In this document: positions 1 to 10,100 of the stretch, piece by piece
Layout: each line of letters starts with the position of its first letter
Position numbering within the stretch: position 1 is the first letter of the stretch
NCBI GenBank assembly: GCA_012799845.1
Contig: JAAZKL010000164.1
Span: 1 to 24,260, forward strand
Direction: 5' to 3'
Source: Clostridiaceae bacterium
GTDB taxonomy: Bacteria > Bacillota > Clostridia > Acetivibrionales > DTU013
Length of the DNA: 24,260 nucleotides
Made by a program: the position numbers and the translations under genes
The notes under the pieces: generated by a model
Told to the model about the DNA's origin: nothing
The model's database searches: none
What the model saw: the letters and a program-made list of their open reading frames with translations, nothing else

Positions 1-1
1 C

Positions 2-580
2 CAGGATATCACCGAGCAGAAGCTGAGGGAAAACAGCCTCAGGGAGATCGGCGACAATCTCATCAAGCTGCAGAAGGTAGCGGGAGTAGGCAGTTGGAAA
101 TACGACGCAGTAAAAAACAAACTGTATTGCACTGACGAATTGCTGAGTATCTATGGTTTTGACCGCACGGAGGTCGCCAGTTATGAAGATGCCGTGAGGC
201 TGATACATCCGGAAGACCAGGGCAAAGTGCAGAATGCGATGGACTGGCTCATGCTGGGGCGATCCTGCTCGGCCGAATTGAGGATCATATCGAAGGACGG
301 GACCGTAAAGCATGTTGAAGGCAACGCGGAGCCCATTTTTAACGAAGATGGCGAGGTTACCGGCGTTTTCGGAACGGCGCAGGACATTACGGAGAAGAAG
401 ATCCTGCTCGAATCCCTGGAGAAAAGCTACAAAAGCCTTATCGAAGCCGAGCGCATAGCCAGGATGGGAAGCTGGGAAATAGACCTCGTTAACAGGAAAG
501 TGGTTTTTTGCTCTGGAGAAGTGTTGAAAATGTACGGCATTCCGAAAGAGATGAACCGCAAAAAGAGGTCAGTTGTCTGA
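2..580 (+). pseudogene. 5'-truncated (by window edge) multi-PAS sensor protein fragment; PAS homology is lost at about 550 and the frame ends in a short out-of-frame tail
   Basis: Frame 2 is open from base 2 (QDITEQK...GVGSWKYD...IHPEDQ...GTAQDITEKK...RMGSWEID...SGEVLKMYGIPKE), which gives typical PAS/PAC repeats. After KMYGIPKE the frame reads MNRKKRSVV-stop while receiver-domain homology appears in frame 1. Confidence 0.75.
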
Positions 581-2816
581 AGCTTGGCGCGGTTGACTGC
601 ATACACAGGCCGATCTGCATGGATCTGCTGAAAGCCAGGGTCGATGTGCATGCAGCCTTGTTGTGCGCCCAGCGTGCCCTCGTACAGCAGCTTGACGAAA
701 AGTCGCATTCCCTGGACCTGATTTTCGAACAGGCCCCCATCGGTATAGCTGTTTCACAGGGTTGTGATTCGGATCCCTCTGCCGATGTCATTGTAAAGGT
801 CAACTCGACATTTGAGCAGATAACGGGAATGACCAGGGAAGAACTCATGAGCTCGGGATGGCCAAAGATCACGCATCCGGACGACCTGGAAGAAGACATG
901 GAGAATTTCAGGAAGCTCCGGGCGGGCGAGATCAGGATGTATTCGATGGATAAACGGTATATCAGGCCGGACGGTTCCATCGTCTGGGTGCATATGGTCG
1001 TAGCCCCGCTCGATCTGCCTAATGAGCGGCAATATAAGCATATCTGCCTGGTGCAGGACATCACTGCGCGCAAAGAGATGGAAAAAGCCCTGGATGAGAG
1101 TGAACGCAGCAAGTCGGTACTTCTTGCAAACCTGCCGGGTCTGGCGTACAGGTGCTTTACTGATGAGGAATGGACGATGCAGTAAGTTTCCGAGGGCTGC
1201 TACAAGCTTACGGGTTACCCGCCGGAGAGCCTGCTGTACAACAGGGACCTGTCCTATAATGACATAATCTCCCCTGAATACCGCGAAGCCCTGCGGGACG
1301 AATGGAAACGGATCCTCGCGGCAAGGCATCCGTTCAAATACGAGTACGAGATCATTACCGCCGCAGGCGAGAAAAAGTGGGTCCTTGAAATGGGGCAGGG
1401 CATATATGACGATGACGGGAAGGTTGAGGCGCTGGAAGGGATTGTTCTTGACATATCCGACCGGAAAGCGGCAGAGGGCACTCTGAAATACAACAATGAG
1501 CACGACAGGTGGACAGGGCTGCATAACCGCGAGTATCTCGTGTCTCTGCTCGAAAATGATATCAGGATGAAGAGGGACTCCAAAAAAGCGCTGATCGGCA
1601 TCAACCTGGATACTCTCCAGGTGAAAGCATCCAATTACGGGTTCCATTACAGCCAGAACCTGGTAAAAAAAGCGGCCGAGGCTCTCAGCCGGTACTGTAC
1701 AGACAAGCGCCTGCTGTGCCACGCACGTGAAAACCGCTTTGCATTTTATATATCCGATTACGACGACAGGAGCGAAATCGCTGAATTCGCCAATGCCATC
1801 GTGAAGACCTTAAGGTCGGTGTTCGCTACGGAAAGAACAGGCGGCGGGATCGGGATCCTTGAGATCGGGCATGGTGAAGACGTGACCGACGTCGAACTCC
1901 TGATGAGAAGGCTCCTGATAGCCTCCGAAAGGTATGTCGGCCTGTTTGAAAATGACTTTCAGGTCTGTTATTACGATGAAGAACTGGAAGATCTCGTCAA
2001 CCGTGAAAGGGACATCGTCGAGGCTCTCAGCGCGATCGCGTCAGGCAGCCGGACGAATGACGAACTGCTATTGCTGTACCAGCCGATCGTAGATCTTAAA
2101 AGTTATTCGGTGCAAAGCTTCGAAGTCCTGAGCAGACTGAGGTCGGAAAAGCTCGGCCCTGTGTCGCCCATGGAATTCATTCCGATTGCTGAAAAACAAA
2201 ACTCATCCTTCCGGTCGGCGAGATCGTGATCGTCAAAGCATTCCGGTTCCTCAACAGGCTTAGGGAGCTCGGGTACGAGGAGATCTGCATTTCAGTCAAT
2301 ATTTCGGTCATACAGCTGCTGGATCCCGATTTTGTGAACAGGCTGCTGGAACCGGCGGGCAATATGCATATCGACCCGGATCATGTCGTTATCGAGATCA
2401 CGGAGTCGGTCTTTGCTTCTGATTTCAATCACATCAACAGTATTATTGGTAAGTTGAAAAAGTCAGGGTTCCATATTGCCATAGACGACTTCGGCACCGG
2501 CTATTCTTCCCTGGCAAGGCAGAGGGAACTGCATGTCGATTGCATGAAGATAGACAAATATTTCATAGACAAACTGGATACGGACCTGGACAGGTCAATA
2601 ACCAGCGATATCATCTCAGTTGCGCATAAACTGGGACACTGTACTGTTGCCGAAGGGGTCGAGAAGGAAACCCAGCTTCAGTATCTTAAAGAGCACGGTT
2701 GTGATAAAGTGCAGGGGTTCCTGATCAGCAGGCCGATCACTGAAGAGGATGTCGTAAGGTTCCTGGAAAATGAAGAAAAAATGTCCTGGAATGCAGTACT
2801 CATGGGCACCAGGTAG
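541..2816 (+). pseudogene. Disrupted REC(tail)-PAS-PAS-GGDEF(degenerate)-EAL c-di-GMP phosphodiesterase-type gene
   Basis: Frame 1 gives S-x11-LKLGAVDCIHRP...LLKARV (receiver C-terminal half), then PAS (THPDD, RYIRPDG, QDITARK). TAA at 1183-1185 lies inside WTMQ*VSEGC and the frame continues to the ORF at 1390. The GGDEF position reads ARENR. EAL motifs are EVLSR, DDFGTGYSS, KIDK, AEGVE and QGFL. Adding one A to the A5 run at 2192-2196 restores AEKTKLILPVGEIV and joins ORFs 1390-2229 and 2226-2816. Confidence 0.85.
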
Positions 2817-2864
2817 AACGTTCAACCACTTTGTAATATTAGTTGAGAAATTTTTTCTAAGTTA

Positions 2865-2893
2865 TAGACAAATGCGAAATTGTATTATATAAT
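2865..2893 (+). promoter_or_regulatory. Sigma-A/70-type promoter for the ABC transporter operon
   Basis: TAGACA (2865-2870), 17 nt, TATAAT (2888-2893) in an AT-rich intergenic region. Confidence 0.65.
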
Positions 2894-3090
2894 TGTGGCG
2901 TAGCAGTTAATACTGAAGTCTTGACAATACATAAATCTGAAGCACAGATATTTTAAGATTCATAGTTCTGTGGAACTACTTGGGATTCATTAGGCATCAT
3001 TTTCATAATACTGCAGTCGATAGGTTGTGCCAGGGATTTGGATAATTTTGTTTTTTAAAACCCAAAATAAAAAAGAAAGGGGATCAAATA

Positions 3091-4827
3091 ATGAAAAAAG
3101 CAAAATTACTCGCGCTGCTATTGGTTGTTGTTATGGTATTAAGCGTCATAACAGCATGCACAAGGTCGGGCCAGGGCGGAGATACACCGGCTGATCCGTG
3201 CAGCAGCACCACCACACCTTCTACTTCTTCGGGAGACGGTGACAAACCCGCCGATTCAGGCAGCAAGCCTGTTCAGCCGATCACGTTCACGATGTTCCAG
3301 GCTGACCCGGGCGAAGCTCCTCCGGCAGACAACAAGATCGTCAAGTATATCCGGGAAAAGACAGGTGTCACCATCGACATCGAATACCTCGTAGGTGACA
3401 TGGAACAGAAAGTCGGTATCATGATCGCCGGCGGCGATTATCCCGACCTCATCGGACCCGGCCAGGCTCGTGGTCAGTTCCTGAATGCAGGTGCATTCGT
3501 GGCACTCGACGATCTGCTTCCCAAATACCCGAACCTCTGGAAGCACTATGAGCCCTTCCTGGACGTTCTTAAGAGCGTTTCATCGGATGGCAAGATCTAC
3601 ATCATGGACATCTGGAGCCGTAACTACTGGCTGAACGACGGAGAAGACACAGCATATCAGGCAGGTTACAACGGCCCTGCTTTCTGGACACAGAAAGACG
3701 TGCTTGCATGGGACAATTATTCATATCCGGCTTCGCTGGATGGATACTTCGATCTGCTTGAGCGCTACTTCAAGGCTCATCCGACGATCGACGGCCAGCC
3801 TACACTGGGATTTGAAGTACATTCACAGGATTGGCGTTCGTTCTGTCTGAAGAATGCGCCGCAGCACCTGATCGGCGGACGTAACGAAGGTGACGTCGTT
3901 GTCCATCAGGATACACTTAAAGTTGAGATCTACCAGAACAAAGATTATGCAAAGACCTACTATAAGAAACTCAATGAAATGTACAAGAAAGGCCTGATCC
4001 ATCCTGAGACATTCTCAAGGAACTATGACGATTATCTGGCAACCATATCCACCGGCCGTGTTATGGCAATGTTCGACCAGCAGTGGAACTTTGGAAGCGC
4101 AGAAAACGTTCTGATTTCCGAAGGCAAGTATGAACGCACATACGTACCCCTCGGTGTCAGCCTTGACGGAACACCCGCTTCTTACAACAGGTATAAGGAT
4201 GCAGGTATCGTAGGCGGTAACGGAATGGGCATCAGCGTGAAGTGCAAAGACGTCGAGCGTGCTCTTGAGTTCCTTGATTTCATGCTCAACGAAGATATCC
4301 AGAAGCTCTGCTACTGGGGTATCGAAGGCGAAGACTACTATGTTGAAAACGGACGTTACAGACGTACTCAGGAACAGAGAGACAACTTCAACAATCCTGA
4401 CTGGGTAAAGGCTAACTCCGGTATCAACTTCGCCAACCTGTTCCCGAAGATGCAGGGTCGTTACTCCGACGGAAATGCTTGCGGTGCAGGCAACCAGCCG
4501 GAAGAGTTGCTGGAAGGCATGTCCGATTATGACAAGGCATTCCTTGGCAAGTATGGATTCAGCGACAAGTCGGAATTCCTGCCTCTGGCAGAATATGCAG
4601 GATATCCTGAAGTATGGTCCATCTTCTCCACCATGGATGAAGACAACCCGACAAAAGCTATATTCAACGAGATCACAGACCTCCAGAACCGTTATCTGCC
4701 GGGCGTGATCATGTCTGACAACTTCGATGCAGCATGGGCTGAATATGCAGCAAGATATAACAGTGTCGACAGTGCGACACTTGAAGCAGAGATCGAGAAA
4801 GAGATCAAGGCACGTTACAAAAAGTAA
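3091..4827 (+). CDS. Carbohydrate/oligosaccharide ABC transporter extracellular solute-binding lipoprotein (LplA-like)
   Basis: RBS AAAGGGG. Basic N-terminus and hydrophobic stretch, lipobox ITA-C, Ser/Thr/Gly/Asp-rich linker, KTGVTIDIEY and IAGGDYPDL motifs. Lies directly upstream of two sugar permeases. Confidence 0.92.
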   Translation: MKKAKLLALLLVVVMVLSVITACTRSGQGGDTPADPCSSTTTPSTSSGDGDKPADSGSKPVQPITFTMFQADPGEAPPADNKIVKYIREKTGVTIDIEYLVGDMEQKVGIMIAGGDYPDLIGPGQARGQFLNAGAFVALDDLLPKYPNLWKHYEPFLDVLKSVSSDGKIYIMDIWSRNYWLNDGEDTAYQAGYNGPAFWTQKDVLAWDNYSYPASLDGYFDLLERYFKAHPTIDGQPTLGFEVHSQDWRSFCLKNAPQHLIGGRNEGDVVVHQDTLKVEIYQNKDYAKTYYKKLNEMYKKGLIHPETFSRNYDDYLATISTGRVMAMFDQQWNFGSAENVLISEGKYERTYVPLGVSLDGTPASYNRYKDAGIVGGNGMGISVKCKDVERALEFLDFMLNEDIQKLCYWGIEGEDYYVENGRYRRTQEQRDNFNNPDWVKANSGINFANLFPKMQGRYSDGNACGAGNQPEELLEGMSDYDKAFLGKYGFSDKSEFLPLAEYAGYPEVWSIFSTMDEDNPTKAIFNEITDLQNRYLPGVIMSDNFDAAWAEYAARYNSVDSATLEAEIEKEIKARYKK

Positions 4828-4840
4828 AAACTTGATCCAT

Positions 4841-4889
4841 CTCTTCTTTGGATGAAGAAGAGGCGACCGCAAAGCCGGCCGCCTCTTCT
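4841..4889 (+). other. Intergenic stem-loop (no U-tract) between binding-protein and permease genes; probable mRNA stabiliser or processing site
   Basis: AGAAGAGGCG (4856-4865) pairs with CGCCTCTTCT (4880-4889), plus inner CCG/CGG. An alternative pairing is CTCTTCTT (4841-4848) with AAGAAGAG (4855-4862). Confidence 0.7.
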
Positions 4890-4953
4890 GATGTAATACA
4901 GCAAAAAAGAAAAATTTAGAATTGGTTGAGTTTCATAGCCGGGGGGATAGCAT

Positions 4954-5931
4954 ATGGCAACCACCAATATTGCAACAAGCAGAGCGATATCTGCAAAGCC
5001 TAAGAACACCTTTTTTCAAAAGGTCGTAAAGCAAAAAGAACTTGTGCTGATTACGATTCCTTACCTTGTGTACTTCTTCATATTCAATTATATGCCGTTG
5101 TGGGGCCTTACGATGGCATTCCAGAACTATAAGCCTCACCGGACTTTCTGGGAACAGGAATGGGTCGGATTTAGGCATTTCCAGAAACTGTTCACCGATC
5201 CTGCTTTTTACCGTGTATTGCGGAACACTTTGGCAATGAGCCTGATAAATCTTGTATTCGGCTTTGTTACTGCCATAGTTTTTGCTCTTCTTTTGAATGA
5301 AATACCCAAGCAGTTATTTGGATTCAAGCGTGTCGTGCAAACCATATCATATATGCCCCACTTCCTTTCGTGGATAATCGTCTGCGGACTTGTTTCGACC
5401 ATACTTTCGATGGAAGACGGGATCGTCAATAATCTGCTGGTGGCAATGGGGCTGATCAAAGATAAGATACATTTCCTGGGTAAACCGGAGTATTTCTGGT
5501 GGATCGTAGGTTTTACCAATGTGTGGAAATCAATGGGATGGAACAGTATCATATACCTGGCGGCGATCACTTCGATAGACCCGTGTCTGTATGAAGCTGC
5601 TGCTATCGATGGCTATGGACGTTTTGGAAGGATATGGCATATTACGCTTCCCGGAATCAAGTCGACCATAATCGTCCTTCTTATAATGAACGCAGGCTGG
5701 ATCCTCAATGCAGGGTTTGAGATACAGTATATATTGGGTTCTAACGGACTTGTCCTGGATGTTTCTGAAACCATCGATATTTACGTACTGAAAAAAGGCT
5801 TTGCCGGAACCGCCGGCAGCGGTTTTGCTTTCGGTACCGCGGCAGGCATGTTCAAGACCGTGGTCAGTGCCGTGATCCTGATAGTGTGCAACAATGTCTC
5901 CAGATGGTTGGGCGAAGAAAGGCTCGTTTAA
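4954..5931 (+). CDS. Carbohydrate ABC transporter permease (LplB/YteP-like)
   Basis: Multiple hydrophobic helices, WVGFRHF motif, SYMPHFLSW, and EAA loop LYEAAAIDG...RIWHITLP. Confidence 0.93.
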   Translation: MATTNIATSRAISAKPKNTFFQKVVKQKELVLITIPYLVYFFIFNYMPLWGLTMAFQNYKPHRTFWEQEWVGFRHFQKLFTDPAFYRVLRNTLAMSLINLVFGFVTAIVFALLLNEIPKQLFGFKRVVQTISYMPHFLSWIIVCGLVSTILSMEDGIVNNLLVAMGLIKDKIHFLGKPEYFWWIVGFTNVWKSMGWNSIIYLAAITSIDPCLYEAAAIDGYGRFGRIWHITLPGIKSTIIVLLIMNAGWILNAGFEIQYILGSNGLVLDVSETIDIYVLKKGFAGTAGSGFAFGTAAGMFKTVVSAVILIVCNNVSRWLGEERLV

Positions 5932-5974
5932 GTGAACGAGATCGCGATCCTATTTGGCGTGGAGGTATATAGAG

Positions 5975-6865
5975 ATGAGAAAGTCAATTGGTGACAAAAT
6001 TGTCGATGTGATAATCGTGCTATTTATGCTTTTTATCATCATTGTGATGCTGTATCCGATGTGGAATACACTGGCCGTATCGTTCAACGATGCAAGGGAT
6101 TCCATAAAGGGCGGGATCTACCTGTGGCCGAGAAAATGGTCTTTTTACAACTATCAAAGTGTGTTCAGGACAGATAAAGTGTTCAATGCATTTTTGATAT
6201 CAGTAGCGCGTACGGTGCTGACAACGATACTGAACGTATTTTTCTCGGGTCTCCTGGCATTTGTATTGAGCCACAGGGATTTCGTCCTCAAAAGATTCAC
6301 TACGATATTCATGCTGATGACGATGTATATCAACGCGGGCTTGATACCGACTTACTTCCTGTACCGGAACCTCGGTCTGATCAACAAATTCTGGGTCTAT
6401 ATATTGCCGGCATTGGTAGGAGCGTTCAATGTCATAGTCATCAGGACATATATAAACTCACTGCCGCCATCACTTACGGAATCGGCCAAGATCGACGGCG
6501 CTACTGAAATGAAGACGTATTTTCACATCATTATACCGATGTGTATGCCGGTACTGGCCACTGTTGCCCTATGGGTAGCAGTTGGCGCATGGAACTCATG
6601 GTTCGACTCTTATATATTCGCAACGAAACAAAGCTTGAGCACACTTCAGTATGAGATGATGAAAATTATTTCTTCTTCGATGCAGCAGGGTGCCAGCCAG
6701 CAGCCTGACTACCTGCAGAAGTCGTCGGAGGCGCAATCGAGCATGGTCACGCCGAACTCATTGCGCGCTGCCATGACCATGGTTGCGACCGTGCCTATAC
6801 TGGTCGTGTATCCGTTCCTGCAGAAGTATTTCGTGACTGTCAACATAGGCAGCGTCAAGGAATAA
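5975..6865 (+). CDS. Carbohydrate ABC transporter permease (LplC/YtcP-like)
   Basis: GGAGGT RBS at 5961-5966 supports ATG 5975 rather than TTG 5954. EAA loop ESAKIDGA and C-terminal VYPFLQKYFV...GSVKE. Confidence 0.93.
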   Translation: MRKSIGDKIVDVIIVLFMLFIIIVMLYPMWNTLAVSFNDARDSIKGGIYLWPRKWSFYNYQSVFRTDKVFNAFLISVARTVLTTILNVFFSGLLAFVLSHRDFVLKRFTTIFMLMTMYINAGLIPTYFLYRNLGLINKFWVYILPALVGAFNVIVIRTYINSLPPSLTESAKIDGATEMKTYFHIIIPMCMPVLATVALWVAVGAWNSWFDSYIFATKQSLSTLQYEMMKIISSSMQQGASQQPDYLQKSSEAQSSMVTPNSLRAAMTMVATVPILVVYPFLQKYFVTVNIGSVKE

Positions 6866-6885
6866 TCTTAATACACGCAGCCCCC

Positions 6886-6938
6886 GTGCGGTACCGCATA
6901 CCGCACTGAAGCGCCGCTGATCATCCAGGCGGCGCCTG
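6886..6938 (+). repeat. Two adjacent GC-rich hairpins in the 3' region of the ABC operon
   Basis: GTGCGGTA/TACCGCAC (6886-6893/6899-6906) and GCGCCGC/GCGGCGC (6911-6917/6929-6935). Confidence 0.55.
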
Positions 6939-7021
6939 ACAGCTATGAAACGGTAGATTGAGTTCATTTAGCGCAAATATGAGGAAAGAGCAAGCATTAA
7001 AATTCAGTGATGCGATATGTC

Positions 7022-7057
7022 AGGGCGGCGATCCAATCCGGAGCCGCCTTCTTTATT
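7022..7057 (+). terminator. Probable intrinsic terminator of the ABC operon
   Basis: AGGGCGGC (7022-7029) pairs with GCCGCCTT (7043-7050, one G-U) and is followed by CTTTATT. Confidence 0.6.
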
Positions 7058-7108
7058 ACTTGTTTGATCGACCGGCTTTTGCACATTTTGACTTCCCTGT
7101 AAATTAAA

Positions 7109-7137
7109 CAGACAATGCAATGCCGAGGAGTTAGAAT
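7109..7137 (+). promoter_or_regulatory. Possible sigma-A promoter for essC
   Basis: CAGACA, 17 nt, TAGAAT (7132-7137). An alternative is TTGACT (7088-7093), 17 nt, GACAAT (7111-7116). Both are imperfect. Confidence 0.3.
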
Positions 7138-7155
7138 AGAACCGGGGGAGAACAG

Positions 7156-10100
7156 ATGAGTTTTATTATTTCAGTACATTTTAAAAACAGTTTTTATGAA
7201 ATTTTTACACCAGGCATAAACAATAGAAAAATTTCCATAGAAATTCCTTCAGACATATCCGGGTTCGCATCCGATTTTCCGCTCTCTTTCGAGGTCTGGA
7301 ACAACAACTGGAGCATATTGGAGAATGAAGCCGTCGTGTTCCTGAAAGGCAACGATTCAAAGAAAACCGTTCCTCTTGAGTCGGGCCTGACGATAAGCTG
7401 CGAACTCCGCCCGACACGTGAGAGATTCTCCCTCATAGTCGAAAAAAGTTATAAAGGATACTCGGATTTCGACAAATACGTATTGAAACAGGGGAAGATC
7501 ACTATAGGCAGCGCTGACGGGAATATGGTCCGGTACAACACCCGCAATCTTGTTTCCGGACATCATGCGGTCCTGGATGTAGGTCCGGACGGCATCTGTA
7601 CGCTTACCGACTCCAGCCGGAACGGCACGTTCGTAAACGGGAAAAGGATATCGGGAAGCTGCAGGCTGAACTACGGTGATGTGGTCTACATAATCGGACT
7701 GAAACTGATCTGTCTGGGGAACGTTATCGCGGTCAACCGTCCATTCGAGCCAGTCAGGCTGACAGGACTGGAATCGTTCGTGCGGGATGCGGAAAGCGGA
7801 CCTCAGCCGGATGCTGATGCCGATGACGGGTATTATCAGCGTTCTCCCCGCCAGATCGAGCCCCTGGACGATGAGACGATCGAGATAGAGGCGCCGCCGA
7901 ACCCGGCCAGGAGCCGCAGGCAGCCGCTGATGTTCACCGTTGGACCGTCCCTGACGATGGTCATCCCAATGGCGGCCGGCGTGCTGTTCACCATATGGAG
8001 CCAGCAGCAATCAAACAGCGGAATGGCCAGCCCGTTTATGTTCATGGGCATCGTAACTTCCGTTACAGCAGCTGTCATAGGAGTATTCTGGGCGCTGACA
8101 AATTACAGGTACAACATGAAGATGGAGCGCGAAGATGAGGCGCGGCGCCGTGACATGTACGGCAAATACCTGGAAAAGATCCGCCGGCTGCTGATTCGTA
8201 AGCACATGTTCAATAAAGAAGTGCTTGATAGGAAATATCCTGAAACGAGAGAGTGCCTGCGCTTTGTTATGGAAAAGAGCCGAAGAGTGTGGGAACGCAA
8301 TGTCAATCATCCTGATTTCCTGACTGTCCGGCTGGGACAGGGACAGATGCCTTCTCCCAATATCATCAGTATTCCTAAGGAAAGGTTCTCTCTCGTGGAC
8401 GACAACCTTGCAGAAGAACCGGCCAACATTAAAAATGAATACGATATACTGAAGGACGTTCCCGTATGCATTTCTCTGACCGAACACAACCTGGTCGGTG
8501 TGATCGGCGAACCGGCTGCAGTATACGGGTATATTCCACAGATCATGGCTGCTCAGATCGCGACCTGCCATTCATATACGGATGTACGCATGGCCTTCAT
8601 CTATAACGAAAAGCACGCCCGCAGCTTTGAATTCGCCAAATGGCTGCCTCACACGTGGAACGAGGACGGCAGTTTCCGCATGATAGCGTGCGACAAAAAC
8701 GGGGTAGGCGAACTGTTCTACAACCTGTCCTCCATGCTGAGGACCCGGCTTGAGGAAAAGGAGGATCCCTCGGAAGCTGTGCGTTCTCTTCCTCACTATG
8801 TTATATTTATCGCGGATCCTTCACTGGTCGAAAATGAGGCTGTCATGAAATATATATCCGCACCGACGGCACAGATGGGAATTACGACAGTACTGCTTTA
8901 TGAACAGATCGACAGGCTGCCGAACAACTGCACCGTGATCATCCAGAGCGATGAGGATTACCGCGGATATTACAGCCTGGACAGCAGTTTTGACGGTTTC
9001 AGCAATGTCATGTTCGATGGCGTGTCCATCGAAGAGCTTGAGGAATACGCCAGGGAAATGTCGAGCATCCGTGTGCGTGAGACTCAGTCCGCGGGCGCCA
9101 TACCGCAGATGCTCACTTTTCTTGATATGTACAAAACTTCGGTGGTCACTGACATCGATATTGAAAGGCGCTGGCTGGAGAACCGCACATATGAGAGCAT
9201 GAGAGCCATGATCGGCTACCGCAGCGCCAATTCTCCGCTGTATCTCGACATACACGAAAAATATCACGGCCCGCACGGCCTTGTCGCCGGCACCACCGGT
9301 TCGGGCAAGTCCGAGACGCTTCAGACCTACATACTGTCGATGGCGCTCAGCTACCATCCTTATGAGGTCTCCTTCATACTGATCGACTATAAGGGCGGCG
9401 GCATGGCAGGGAGCTTTGAGAAGCTGCCTCACGTCGCGGGCATCATCACGAACCTTGGAGGCAACCAGACGAACCGGGCGCTCGCTTCCATCAACAGCGA
9501 AATCAAGCGGCGCCAGACTGTTTTCAACGAATACAAGCTGAAGCATATCGACGGCTATATCGAGCTTTTCCGTGCCGGGAAAGTGTCACAGCCAATGCCT
9601 CACTTACTTATAATCGCCGATGAATTCGCGGAACTGAAAAAGGAACAGCCGGAATTCGTACGTGAACTCGTCAGTGCGTCCCGTGTCGGGCGCAGCCTCG
9701 GAGTCCATCTGATACTGGCGACACAGAAACCTTCCGGCGTGGTGGACGAAGAGATCTGGGGCAACTCCAAATTCCGGCTGTGTCTGCGTGTCCAGGACAA
9801 GCAGGATTCCAACGAGATGATAAGGCGTCCTGACGCGGCGTACATAACAAATGCAGGACGCGGATACTTCCAGGTAGGCAATGACGAGATATTCGAGCAG
9901 TTCCAGTCAGGCTGGAGCGGTGCGAGATATGAGCCGGATATCCCGTACAGCGATGCCGGACAGAGCGACGCAAAAATGATCAACCTCTGGGGCAAGCCCT
10001 GTGTGGTCGGCAGCACGAAGAAGGTATCGAAGCAGGAAGACGGGAAAAAGACGACCCAACTTGAGGCAGTCGTGCAGCATATATGCAGCATTGCCGAGAG

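Noticed and set aside
754-1722. Long minus-strand ORFs (754-1722, 4015-4872, 8821-9546, 9600-10508, 19745-20686 on plus, and similar)
   Set aside because: They are antisense shadows of genes with clear family motifs on the other strand, and they show no recognisable motif or RBS.
2190-2201. Programmed -1 ribosomal frameshift in the EAL gene
   Set aside because: GAAAAAC is not a full X-XXY-YYZ slippery heptamer, and the gene has two other lesions upstream. Decay or sequence error is more parsimonious.
140-2816. ORF-track entries 140-580, 508-1185, 1390-2229 and 2226-2816 as four independent genes
   Set aside because: Their boundaries fall inside domains (mid-PAS, mid-EAL), and single-base repairs join three of them. 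They are fragments of disrupted genes.
2894-3090. Riboswitch in the approximately 190-nt leader of the ABC operon, and a second promoter at TTGACA 2921-2926
   Set aside because: Only short hairpins are present (TAGTTC/GAACTA), with no recognisable aptamer or terminator. The TTGACA has no acceptable -10 at 16-18 nt.
3091-6865. Missing ATPase gene as a sign of an incomplete ABC transporter
   Set aside because: Firmicute carbohydrate importers commonly share an unlinked MsmX-type ATPase, so this is ordinary.
6826-6865. Permease C-terminus FVTVNIGSVKE looks one residue shorter than the usual FVxGxxxGxVK
   Set aside because: It is at most an in-frame single-codon difference and cannot be supported without an alignment.
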